Shown: positions 10,347 through 19,442 of the stretch, in pieces | How the letters are laid out: every line of letters starts with the position of its first letter | Numbering within the stretch: position 1 is the stretch's first letter | NCBI GenBank assembly: GCA_012520255.1 | Contig: JAAYOQ010000002.1 | Span: forward strand, 1,839-65,838 | Length of the DNA: 64,000 nucleotides | Direction of reading: 5' to 3' | Origin: Erysipelotrichia bacterium | Lineage (GTDB): Bacteria > Bacillota_I > Bacilli_A > Erysipelotrichales > Erysipelotrichaceae | Made by a program: the position numbers and the translations under genes | Notes under the pieces: generated by a model | What the model saw: the letters and a program-made list of their open reading frames with translations, nothing else | Databases searched by the model: none | Told to the model about the DNA's origin: nothing

Positions 10347-10373
10347 AATAACATAATATACATTATGCGAAGT
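10346..10373. other. Candidate XerCD dif recombination site
   Basis: The minus-strand 28-mer is ACTTCGCATAA-TGTATA-TTATGTTATTT. It matches 23/28 positions of E. coli dif (GGTGCGCATAATGTATATTATGTTAAAT) and about 21/28 of B. subtilis dif (ACTTCCTAGAATATATATTATGTAAACT), both quoted from memory. It sits in the convergent gap where gene orientation switches. Confidence 0.7.
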
Positions 10374-10395
10374 AATGTAATAAAAAGAAAAGTCA

Positions 10396-10725
10396 TTATT
10401 TACGACCTTTTCTTTTCTTTTTATACTCTTCGTATTTAATGAAAGTATAAAAATTAATTAAAATAATCATTACTTCCATCGTAATAAAACTAATTATTAA
10501 ACCCAAGATATTTAAATAACCTTTATTGAATATAAATAACAATATTGCTACCAGAATATATAGCACAATTAAAAAATTATAATCTTCATAGCCTTTATAA
10601 TTAATTTTACATTCAGTACACCTGATTGTCTTTTTGGCTTTCTTTTTTTCTAAATTTCCACCACAGTCAGGACATTTATTTTTGAATTTCAACTCATAAA
10701 ATTTATTAAATTTATTCATCATCAT
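10396..10725 (-). CDS. Small membrane protein with an N-terminal zinc ribbon
   Basis: CPDCGG...CTEC forms a CxxC...CxxC ribbon, followed by two hydrophobic helices and a KKKRKGRK tail. It overlaps the histidine kinase stop by 14 nt, so it is probably co-transcribed. Confidence 0.5.
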   Translation of the reverse strand: MMMNKFNKFYELKFKNKCPDCGGNLEKKKAKKTIRCTECKINYKGYEDYNFLIVLYILVAILLFIFNKGYLNILGLIISFITMEVMIILINFYTFIKYEEYKKKRKGRK

Positions 10726-12199
10726 TACTACCCTTTTCCATTGGTAAAGTTTCTACTTTATCCAAATCAATTGTCGGTATTTCAAAATAGAAAGTAGAAC
10801 CCTCATTAATTTTAGAAATAACTCCATATTTGCAGTTGTATGTTTCTAATATTGCTCTAGATATAGCTAAACCTAAACCTGAGCCACTTTTTGACCTTTG
10901 ATAATGTTTATCTGTTTTATAATATCGATCCCAAATGTATGGTAATGAATCTTCATCAATACCGGTACCATTATCGCTTACTTCTACTCTAATATATTCT
11001 TTGTTTTTATAGAAACCTTTCAAGATTATAATTTTATCTTCACCGTAGTGTTTTAAGGCATTTGAAACAAAATTATTTAAAACTTCTTCAATTTTATTAG
11101 CATCACCCATCGCTATGAGCTCTGGTTCGCAATAAAAGTCAATTGTAACACCTTCAGCTGCCGCTAATGGTTCAAATCTGTAATAACAGTTGTAAAGTTG
11201 TTCCGTCAGATCAAATGGCACAGATTCAGCAGGAACAGCCTTAGCCTGCAGTTTAGATAAACTTAGCATATCACTGACTAAATTATTTAAACTATCAGTT
11301 TCATTGATAATAATATCTAAATGCTCTTCTCTTTTTTCTTTTTTATCTCCAGAAATATCTTTAATCATTTCAGCATATGCTTTAATCATGGTTAAAGGTG
11401 TCTTTAAATCATGAGAGACATTAGCCATCAATTCATTTCTATACTCTTCTACTTTTGAAATTTCTTTAGCCGCCAAATCGATAGTATCAGCTAATTCCTG
11501 AACTTCATTTATATCAGTATTTTCAAATTTCAGATCATAATTACCATGAGTAAGTTTATTGGCCTCTTCTTTAATTTTAACAATCGGTCGAGAAACAATA
11601 TTGGAAAACAAAACTGAAATTAATAAAGAAAGAGATAAAACAATTAAAGAAATCAATACAAATTGATTTTGAATTGTTTTAGTAATAATATTGATTGACT
11701 GCAAAGTTACATTGCTAATTACATAGTATATTTGATCGTCTATGTAAACTTTTTTTCCATAAACCATAACTTCCTGATCAGATAATTCAATAAAATCACC
11801 TTGAAGAAATATTTCATCTTCTTCTGTATTTTCCAAAATATCAATAAAACGTTCATTTACTACTGAATTGTTATAAATAGCACAACCTGAATTACCCAAG
11901 GCATCAAAACCACTGACAGTTGTTGAGTTATTGCTGTCAAAAACAATGACACAGGCATTATTGTTCATCGTTAATGAATATAGCTGATAGTTTTTGTCTT
12001 TTATTTCAGCATCACTAAAGAATATATCGGAAACATTATTAGTAAATGTTTTAATTTCTCTTTTAAGGGTTCTTAAATAAAATGGTTCTAATAAAATCAA
12101 TTGGAAAAATTGCAGCAGCAAAAGAATACTTAAGGCAAACAGCACAAAGTATGTCCATGATTTAAAACCTAAAGAACTTGTAATCTTATTCTTTTTCAA
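10712..12199 (-). CDS. Sensor histidine kinase
   Basis: It has two TM segments flanking a roughly 150-aa extracytoplasmic region, the H-box SHDLKTPLT, the N-box NALKH and the G-boxes DNGTGI/GSGLGLAI. It overlaps the response regulator gene. Confidence 0.85.
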   Translation of the reverse strand: MKKNKITSSLGFKSWTYFVLFALSILLLLQFFQLILLEPFYLRTLKREIKTFTNNVSDIFFSDAEIKDKNYQLYSLTMNNNACVIVFDSNNSTTVSGFDALGNSGCAIYNNSVVNERFIDILENTEEDEIFLQGDFIELSDQEVMVYGKKVYIDDQIYYVISNVTLQSINIITKTIQNQFVLISLIVLSLSLLISVLFSNIVSRPIVKIKEEANKLTHGNYDLKFENTDINEVQELADTIDLAAKEISKVEEYRNELMANVSHDLKTPLTMIKAYAEMIKDISGDKKEKREEHLDIIINETDSLNNLVSDMLSLSKLQAKAVPAESVPFDLTEQLYNCYYRFEPLAAAEGVTIDFYCEPELIAMGDANKIEEVLNNFVSNALKHYGEDKIIILKGFYKNKEYIRVEVSDNGTGIDEDSLPYIWDRYYKTDKHYQRSKSGSGLGLAISRAILETYNCKYGVISKINEGSTFYFEIPTIDLDKVETLPMEKGSNDDE

Positions 12200-12851
12200 A
12201 CTTGTAACCTACTCCTCTTACAGTGACAATCATTTTTCCATATTTACCAAGATTTTTTCTTAACATTTTTATATGAGTATCTACCGTTCTATCCATACTG
12301 TAATAATCATAACCCCAAATATTTTCTAAAAGTTTTTCTCTTGTAATTGCAGTATTTGCATTTTCAATTAAATATACCAGTAAATCAAATTCTTTATTAG
12401 TTAAATGAACTACTGCATCATCAATTTTAACTACATGGGCTTTTTTATCGATACTAATACCCTCTACATTGATTACATCCTGTACTTTATTTGTACTTCT
12501 TTCAATAACTACTTTTATTCTTGCCATCAGTTCCTTCGGGGAAAAAGGTTTAGATACATAATCATCAATCCCTAATTCAAAACCATATAGCTTATCGTCT
12601 TCAGCTACCCTGGCAGATAACATAATGATAGGAATATTACTATGTTCCTTGATATGTTTGCATGTAGAAAAACCATCTAAATGTGGCATCATGACATCTA
12701 AAATAACACAATCAACAATATTTTCTTTTATAATTTCAATGGCTTCCAATCCATCTGAAGCTTCTAAAACATCATATCCATATGAATTTCCATATTCTTT
12801 GATTACTTCTCTGATCATTATTTCATCATCAACTATTAATAATGTAGCCAT
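12186..12851 (-). CDS. OmpR-family response regulator
   Basis: The receiver domain shows LIVDDE...ILDVMMP...SAR...K, followed by a winged-helix C-terminus (LTNKEFDLLVYL...VRGVGYKF). Confidence 0.9.
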   Translation of the reverse strand: MATLLIVDDEIMIREVIKEYGNSYGYDVLEASDGLEAIEIIKENIVDCVILDVMMPHLDGFSTCKHIKEHSNIPIIMLSARVAEDDKLYGFELGIDDYVSKPFSPKELMARIKVVIERSTNKVQDVINVEGISIDKKAHVVKIDDAVVHLTNKEFDLLVYLIENANTAITREKLLENIWGYDYYSMDRTVDTHIKMLRKNLGKYGKMIVTVRGVGYKFEKE

Positions 12852-12855
12852 CTAA

Positions 12856-15800
12856 TCATCCTTTCAATACTAATAATTCTCTCACTAGAACAGAATCTCT
12901 TCCAGGATTCTTTTTTCCCTTAACAAGTACTATTATACCTTTTTTTATAAATTCTTTATATAACAAATATTTATCAGGCATAAAAACTAAATCAATTGTA
13001 CCAAATTCATCATAACATGTCGCAAAACACATCAATTCATTTGATCTTGTTGTTTGTGGACGGTAACTCATAATTGCCACTATTAAAGACATCTCACCAC
13101 TGCTATTTTTAGCAACGATTGAAGGAATGGTATTTTGATAATCCATACGATATTTCTCAACTGGATGTGGTCCTAAAAATAAACCTAAATAAGTTTCTTT
13201 TTCTTCTAATAATTGAGCAATATTTTCACTTTTAATTTTAATTCGTGGTGGTGAAACTAATGATAAATCTACAATTATCTTCCCGTTTTCTTCAAAAGTA
13301 CATAATTTTGTATATCTGATTACTGAACTTAATTCAGATAACATTGTCGTGTGAGTTAATTTAAAACTATCTAAACAGCCACTTTTAATTAAAATTTCAA
13401 TATTTTTATCGCTGACGTTAATCAGATACATCCTACTGACAAAATCAATAAAACTGTGATATTTACCATTGTTATTTCGATCCTTGATTATTTCTTTACT
13501 TGTTAAACTGGAAATATTTTTTATCTGATTAAATGGGTAGATAATACTATTGTCTTTAATATAAAATGTTTCTTTTGATTCATTGATATCTGGTGCAGAA
13601 ACTTTGATATCTTTAATCTTACATTCAATTAAATATTTTACATTCTCATTAGACCCTAATTTTGAGTTTAATAAAGCACAATAGAATTCTAAAGGATATC
13701 TAACTTTTAGATAAGACATTATATAAGCCAAAAATCCATAACCCACTGCATGGGACTTATTAAAGCCATAGTTTGCAAAGCGATTAATATCTTCATAAAT
13801 TGATTGTGCAATTTGCTGAGTATAATTATTATCAATACAACCTTGAATAAAATCATTTTTCAGATTAATTAACATTTCACTACTCTTTTTGCTAACTGCA
13901 CTTCTCAAAATATCTGCTTTTGTCATCGTAAAGCCAGCAAAATCAACTGCAATTCTCATTATTTGTTCCTGATAGATCATTATGCCAAAAGTATCAGACA
14001 AAATAGGTTTTAAATCGGGATGCAGGTATTTAATCTCATCAGGATTATTTTTATTGATTATATACTGATCGATATAATCCATTGGTCCAGGTCTGTATAA
14101 GGCAATCACAGTAGCTAATTCCTCAAAATTTGCAGGCTGAACTTTTCTTAAAGTATTTCTCATTCCTTTTGATTCCAACTGGAAAATACCACTACTATCA
14201 CCGGCAGACAGCATTCTAAATACTCTATAATCATCTAATGAAATCTTAAAAATATCAATTTCTGTATTTATAGAACTCAGTATTTCTTCAATTATTGATA
14301 AGTTTTTCAACCCTAAAAAATCAAATTTGATTAATCCCATACTTTCTAAATATTCCATTGTATAACCAGCAATGTAGTTTTCATTTGAAACTACCAAAGG
14401 AATTACATCCGTAAGCTTATCAGCACTGATCAATATTCCTGATGCATGAGTTGAAATATTCTTTGGCAGATTATATAAGGTACAACCAATATTGTAAAGC
14501 TTTTGTAACTCTGCTGATGAATCAATTGCTGTTTTAAATCTGATATTCTTTTCATATTGTTGAGTCAAGGTAAGTCTGTCATTTCTAATAGTTTGTAAAA
14601 CAATATCCAGATTGTTTTGATTAATGACTAAAACTTTTCCTAAATCTCTTATTAAAGCTCTAGTTGTTAAACTGCCAAAAGTGATAATGTTAGCTACATT
14701 TGAATTTCCATATTTGCTTTTGACATATTCAATAACTTTAAATCTTTTATTATCTGGAAAGTCTATGTCAATATCTGGCATTGATATTCTTTCGTGATTC
14801 AAAAATCTTTCAAATAATAAATCATATTTAATCGGATCAATATGTGTAATACCCAAACAATAACAAACCAAGCTGCCGACAGCACTGCCTCTGCCTGGTC
14901 CTACTAAGATATCGTTTCTTTTGCAGTATAGAATAATGTCATAAACTATTAAAAAATAATCTTCAAAGTTCATCGAACAGATAACATCCAGCTCATTGAG
15001 AAGACGATTTAAATATTTCTGTAAAACTTTATTATTAAATCTCTTTTGAAGTCCCACAAGACATAATTGTTTAAGGTACTCTTTATTATCTATTGAATAA
15101 GATGTTTCAAAAATGGGTAATTTTGTTTTTAAACTATCTAAATCAAAATCAATAGAGTTTATAAAATAATCAATATTATCCAATGACTGTTTATCAAAAA
15201 GCAGATACATTGCTTCAGAAGATTTTAAGCTGGCATCAGTAACTAGCGATAAGTTGGTATCATTAATATTAGTTGCCTTATCAATCGCCCTTAAGCATTT
15301 ATATGCTTCATAGTCCTGCTCTTTACTATATAAGGCTAAATCTATGGCGATAGTTTTAACATTATAATTTCTACAAAGTGGTAAAACGATATCATTTATT
15401 TTATTATTGATGGCCTTATTATTTGCTAATGAAGAAATATAGATGTTTTCATATTGAGAAAGACGTTCAATGACATAATTCAATTGAGCTAAATCATTTT
15501 CATTTAATAAATAAGAAAAATAACTGTCACTTTTTATTACAACATTATTATTATCGGTAATTTCTAATAATTGATTAAAATTAAGTTTTCTTTGGTAAGA
15601 AACAATATCAATTAATTCTATATAACCTTTAGAGTTTTTCGGATAAATCAAAACATCAAACTTTTTATCATCAATATCAATTGCTATTTCACAGCCTATT
15701 ATTGGTTTAATATTGGCTTTTTTACATTGATTGAAAAACTCTTTAGCAGAAAAAAGATTTTCTTTTTCACATATACCAATCGCTTTTAAACCATTACCAA

Positions 15801-15882
15801 TAGAAAAATCTATCAAATCATTTACTCTGATAGTACTTTGTAATAATGAATAACAACTGCGATTGTATAATAAAATTGCCAT
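12856..15882 (-). CDS. dnaE: DNA polymerase III alpha subunit DnaE
   Basis: A 1008-aa protein with the polymerase core motifs GPGRGSAVGSLV and MPDIDIDF, plus FNKSHAVGY and a C-terminal OB fold. Confidence 0.9.
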   Translation of the reverse strand: MAILLYNRSCYSLLQSTIRVNDLIDFSIGNGLKAIGICEKENLFSAKEFFNQCKKANIKPIIGCEIAIDIDDKKFDVLIYPKNSKGYIELIDIVSYQRKLNFNQLLEITDNNNVVIKSDSYFSYLLNENDLAQLNYVIERLSQYENIYISSLANNKAINNKINDIVLPLCRNYNVKTIAIDLALYSKEQDYEAYKCLRAIDKATNINDTNLSLVTDASLKSSEAMYLLFDKQSLDNIDYFINSIDFDLDSLKTKLPIFETSYSIDNKEYLKQLCLVGLQKRFNNKVLQKYLNRLLNELDVICSMNFEDYFLIVYDIILYCKRNDILVGPGRGSAVGSLVCYCLGITHIDPIKYDLLFERFLNHERISMPDIDIDFPDNKRFKVIEYVKSKYGNSNVANIITFGSLTTRALIRDLGKVLVINQNNLDIVLQTIRNDRLTLTQQYEKNIRFKTAIDSSAELQKLYNIGCTLYNLPKNISTHASGILISADKLTDVIPLVVSNENYIAGYTMEYLESMGLIKFDFLGLKNLSIIEEILSSINTEIDIFKISLDDYRVFRMLSAGDSSGIFQLESKGMRNTLRKVQPANFEELATVIALYRPGPMDYIDQYIINKNNPDEIKYLHPDLKPILSDTFGIMIYQEQIMRIAVDFAGFTMTKADILRSAVSKKSSEMLINLKNDFIQGCIDNNYTQQIAQSIYEDINRFANYGFNKSHAVGYGFLAYIMSYLKVRYPLEFYCALLNSKLGSNENVKYLIECKIKDIKVSAPDINESKETFYIKDNSIIYPFNQIKNISSLTSKEIIKDRNNNGKYHSFIDFVSRMYLINVSDKNIEILIKSGCLDSFKLTHTTMLSELSSVIRYTKLCTFEENGKIIVDLSLVSPPRIKIKSENIAQLLEEKETYLGLFLGPHPVEKYRMDYQNTIPSIVAKNSSGEMSLIVAIMSYRPQTTRSNELMCFATCYDEFGTIDLVFMPDKYLLYKEFIKKGIIVLVKGKKNPGRDSVLVRELLVLKG

Positions 15883-15883
15883 C

Positions 15884-16816
15884 TTAAACCTTTGCTTTGA
15901 TCAATAAATTTATTACTTCATCTATCTGTTTATAAGAAATTTTAGGAATTCCACAAGCCAGTCTATGCCCTCCTCCACCGAATTTTTTAGCTATTTCAAC
16001 TATAGATGCCTTATGACTTCTAAGGGAAACTGAAAAAGCTTCTCGATCATCTTCATAGAAGAAGAAAGCATACTTGTTAACACCTTTTATACTATCTAAA
16101 ATATAGACAAAATCCTTCGCTTCATGGGTGGACAATCCTAATTTCTTTTTAATTTCCTTTGTTAAAACAATATAGGCAACATCACCTTTAAAAATTGTTT
16201 TTGAAGCCAGATAATGCTTTGCAGCAAACTTTTCTTTTGACACATCATCTAAATAACGATTTATTTCTACCAGATTAATGCCTTTATCAATAAGGATAGA
16301 TAATATATCAAAAGTAGTAGAACTGACACTGTTAATAGTAAACCCTCGGGTATCAGAGTTCATTCCAGCATATAAGTATTCTGCAGCTTTTTTATTTATC
16401 TTCCAATTGTTTTCAATAGCTAAAAGAGCTATCATCTCTGCTGTGCTTGATGCTGATTCAATTACGAAAAAATAGTCAGTATTATTTTCACTTTCCAGAT
16501 GATGATCTATTTTTAAGGATTTTAAGCCTTTCAGATATGATGTATCATCTGCTCTATCATGGGTTGAAGTATCCAATATTATAGTAAGACTTTTTTTAAT
16601 AATATCCACAGATGGATTATCCATATCTTCCAGAAAATCTGGATTGTTCATATTTTCAAGACCATAGGTATAAATTTTCTTTGTCGGATAATTCTCTAAT
16701 AACAGGTATTTTAATCCTAACTGAGATCCTAAAGCATCATAATCTGGTCTGATATGGCGATATAAAACAATCGAATCATATTCCTCAATAATTTCTTTAA
16801 TATCAAAATAATTCAT
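15884..16816 (-). CDS. nrnA: DHH/DHHA1 phosphoesterase (NrnA-like oligoribonuclease / pAp phosphatase)
   Basis: It has the motifs HIRPDYDALGS, ILDTS, the DHH triad in KIDHH, and the DHHA1 motif GGGGHRLACG. Confidence 0.8.
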   Translation of the reverse strand: MNYFDIKEIIEEYDSIVLYRHIRPDYDALGSQLGLKYLLLENYPTKKIYTYGLENMNNPDFLEDMDNPSVDIIKKSLTIILDTSTHDRADDTSYLKGLKSLKIDHHLESENNTDYFFVIESASSTAEMIALLAIENNWKINKKAAEYLYAGMNSDTRGFTINSVSSTTFDILSILIDKGINLVEINRYLDDVSKEKFAAKHYLASKTIFKGDVAYIVLTKEIKKKLGLSTHEAKDFVYILDSIKGVNKYAFFFYEDDREAFSVSLRSHKASIVEIAKKFGGGGHRLACGIPKISYKQIDEVINLLIKAKV

Positions 16817-16960
16817 ATTTTATCTACTATCAATATGGTCATATTGATTTTCCTTTCCAGGCTGTCAAATTTAAAGCACTTAATTACAGCCATTTTAAAT
16901 GCTTACAATATAAACTCTTTCAGATTAATTATAAGATATTATTCAAATAATATAAACTTT

Positions 16961-16989
16961 AAATAAAAACCCTATTATTTAGGGCTTTT
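16961..16989 (-). terminator. Rho-independent terminator after ackA
   Basis: On the minus strand, AAAGCCCTAAATAATAGGGTTTT is followed by TTATTT (a CCCT/AGGG core extended by A-T pairs). It lies 8 nt past the ackA stop. Confidence 0.5.
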
Positions 16990-16996
16990 AGATAAA

Positions 16997-18187
16997 TTAT
17001 AGATTAAGTAGTCTTCTTGTATCTCTGGCAATCATTACTTCTTCATCAGTCGGGATTACCCAAACATCAACTTTTGAATCCGGCGCTGATATTTTAGCCA
17101 GTTTTCCCTGAGTTTTGGCATTTAGCTCTTGATCAAGTTTGACGCCTAAGCTTTCTTCCAACAATTCACAGATTTCTTTTCTAACCCTGACATCATTTTC
17201 TCCTAAGCCGGCAGTAAATACCATAGCATCAAGACTGCCTAACTGAACAAAGTAGGATCCAATGTAATCAATGACTCTCAAAGCATACATTTCTCTTGCC
17301 AGTATAGCTCTTGGATTTCCTTCTTCAACAGCTTTTTGGATGTCTCTGGCATCACTAGAGACACCAGAAATTCCCAAGAAACCTGATTTTTTATTAGCAA
17401 CTTCTATTATTTCTTCACCAGTCAATCCTGTTTTTTCCTTTAAATATGGAATAATTGAAGGATCGATGTCACCACTTCTACCACCCATCATGATTCCAGC
17501 AAGTGGTGTAAATCCCATTGAAGTATTAATACATTTACCATTTTTTATTGCACATAGGGATGCTCCATTTCCTAAGTGTAATGAAATAATATTTTGGTTT
17601 TCATTACCAGTTATTTCGGCATATGTCTGAGCGATATATTTATGAGAAGTGCCGTGGAAACCATATCTTCTAACATGATACTTTTCATAATATTCTAATG
17701 GTAATGCATACAGAAACGTTGCTTTATCCATTGTTAAATGGAATGAAGTATCGTAAACAGCGACGTGTTTAATTTTAGGTAGAGCTTTAGAGAAGGCTTC
17801 AATTCCGGTATAATTCGCAGGCATATGTAAAGGGCCTAAATCTTTCATATCTAAAATATCCTGTAAAACTTCCGGAGTAACAATTGCACTATCGGCATAT
17901 TTTTCTCCACCATGTAGAACTCTATGCCCGCAAGCATTAATTTCTTCCAGATCTTCAACAATATTATGTTGAACTAACGCTTCTAATAATAAATCAACAG
18001 CCTGTTGATGGTCCTTAACTGGTAAATGAGTAGTCACCTTTTCTCCTTTTACTCTTATAGTGAAAATACCATCATCCATACCAATTCTTTCAACTACACC
18101 ATCAGTTAACACTTTTTCTTCGGGCATTTGGAAAAGTTTAAACTTTAATGATGAACTACCGGCATTAACCGCAAAAATTTTACTCAT
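16997..18187 (-). CDS. ackA: Acetate kinase
   Basis: It has the N-terminus AVNAGSSSLKF, plus HRVLHGG and FHGTSH. At 396 aa it is full length. Confidence 0.92.
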   Translation of the reverse strand: MSKIFAVNAGSSSLKFKLFQMPEEKVLTDGVVERIGMDDGIFTIRVKGEKVTTHLPVKDHQQAVDLLLEALVQHNIVEDLEEINACGHRVLHGGEKYADSAIVTPEVLQDILDMKDLGPLHMPANYTGIEAFSKALPKIKHVAVYDTSFHLTMDKATFLYALPLEYYEKYHVRRYGFHGTSHKYIAQTYAEITGNENQNIISLHLGNGASLCAIKNGKCINTSMGFTPLAGIMMGGRSGDIDPSIIPYLKEKTGLTGEEIIEVANKKSGFLGISGVSSDARDIQKAVEEGNPRAILAREMYALRVIDYIGSYFVQLGSLDAMVFTAGLGENDVRVRKEICELLEESLGVKLDQELNAKTQGKLAKISAPDSKVDVWVIPTDEEVMIARDTRRLLNL

Positions 18188-18189
18188 AA

Positions 18190-18507
18190 TTATTGATCCT
18201 CCATGTTTATTAATTCATTTACTATATTATCAACCTGATTATTTTCAAGTGATTTCAATTGTTCGAATAATTTCATTCTCTTTTTATAAGAATAGCATAA
18301 ACCTAGTTTATTCTCATACTTTTTAATCAAATTTATACTCTTTTTTAAAGTATCATGGACAGCATTTCTGCTTATGGCTAATAATTCAGCAATTTCAGTA
18401 ATTGATAAATCATCAAAATAATAATACTGTAATATTTCATTTTGTCTTTCCGTCAGTAAATTCTGATAAAACGGTATCAGTTCATTAATATATTCAAACT
18501 TCTCCAT
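18190..18507 (-). CDS. ylxM: YlxM/UPF0122 helix-turn-helix protein
   Basis: A 105-aa protein with LTERQNEILQYYYFDDLSITEIAELLAISRNAV, a sigma-70 region-4-like HTH typical of YlxM. It is adjacent to ftsY. Confidence 0.75.
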   Translation of the reverse strand: MEKFEYINELIPFYQNLLTERQNEILQYYYFDDLSITEIAELLAISRNAVHDTLKKSINLIKKYENKLGLCYSYKKRMKLFEQLKSLENNQVDNIVNELINMEDQ

Positions 18508-19442
18508 TAAAATTCACCTTTGATTAAAGTATTAACATAATCTTCAATTTCAAATTCTTTAATAGCATCCATACTTTCTCCAAAAGTAATGAATTTAACA
18601 GGTAAATTATATTTATCATTAATACTTAAGACAATTCCACCCTTACTGGTACCATCCATTTTAGTCAACACCACTGCATTTACTTTACTGGTTTCAATAA
18701 ATACTTCAGCTTGAGATAAGCCATTTTGACCAGTTGTTGCATCAATGGTTAGCCAGATATCTAAATCTTTGGTTTTTAATGTTCTTTTGGTAACTCTAAC
18801 CATCTTCTCCAGTTCTTTCATTAAATTGGTTTTATTCTGCAGTCTACCTGCTGTATCAGCAATGATTATATCTACCGGATTTTCTAAATAGTATCTACAG
18901 CCATCCACTAATACAGATGCCGGATCAGCATTTTCTTTTCCTGTAATACAATGTATTCCAAGCCTTTCTGCCCACTTTTCCAATTGTTCAACTGCTCCTG
19001 CTCTAAAAGTATCAGCAGCAATCAATCCCACTTTTAAACCCTGATTCATATAATATTTACTAATTTTACTGATTGAAGTCGTTTTCCCAGAACCATTGAC
19101 ACCAACCATCATAATAAACTTATTCTGATGCTGATCAATTTCCAGAATATTTTTATTTTTATAGTTATCAATCATAATTTCAATTAATTGATCAATAACT
19201 TCAATTGGTTTTCTGATAAACAATTCATTTACTTTTACTTTTAATTGATCAATCATTTTTTCAGAAGCTTCTACCCCGACATCTGCTTCAATTAAAAGAA
19301 TCAGTAAATCTTCATAAATATCATCATGATAATCAGTGTAGCCACCTAATAATTCAGTAATTTTCACAGCTAAAGATTTAGTTCTATAACCATCCAGGTA
19401 TTTAGATATATTTGATTTTTTCTTTTTACTGAATAACGTCAT
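18507..19442 (-). CDS. ftsY: Signal recognition particle receptor FtsY
   Basis: The SRP GTPase motifs are GVNGSGKTT, DTAGR and TKMDGTSKGG. I place the start at ATG 19442, preceded by GAGGAG. The track start at 19460 has no RBS. Confidence 0.9.
   Translation of the reverse strand: MTLFSKKKKSNISKYLDGYRTKSLAVKITELLGGYTDYHDDIYEDLLILLIEADVGVEASEKMIDQLKVKVNELFIRKPIEVIDQLIEIMIDNYKNKNILEIDQHQNKFIMMVGVNGSGKTTSISKISKYYMNQGLKVGLIAADTFRAGAVEQLEKWAERLGIHCITGKENADPASVLVDGCRYYLENPVDIIIADTAGRLQNKTNLMKELEKMVRVTKRTLKTKDLDIWLTIDATTGQNGLSQAEVFIETSKVNAVVLTKMDGTSKGGIVLSINDKYNLPVKFITFGESMDAIKEFEIEDYVNTLIKGEF

Noticed and set aside
10360-10378. The hairpin ACATTA-tgcgaag-TAATGT in the convergent gap, considered as a bidirectional terminator
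   Set aside because: It has only 6 A/T-rich base pairs and no flanking T-run. The dyad symmetry is better explained as part of, or adjacent to, the dif-like site.
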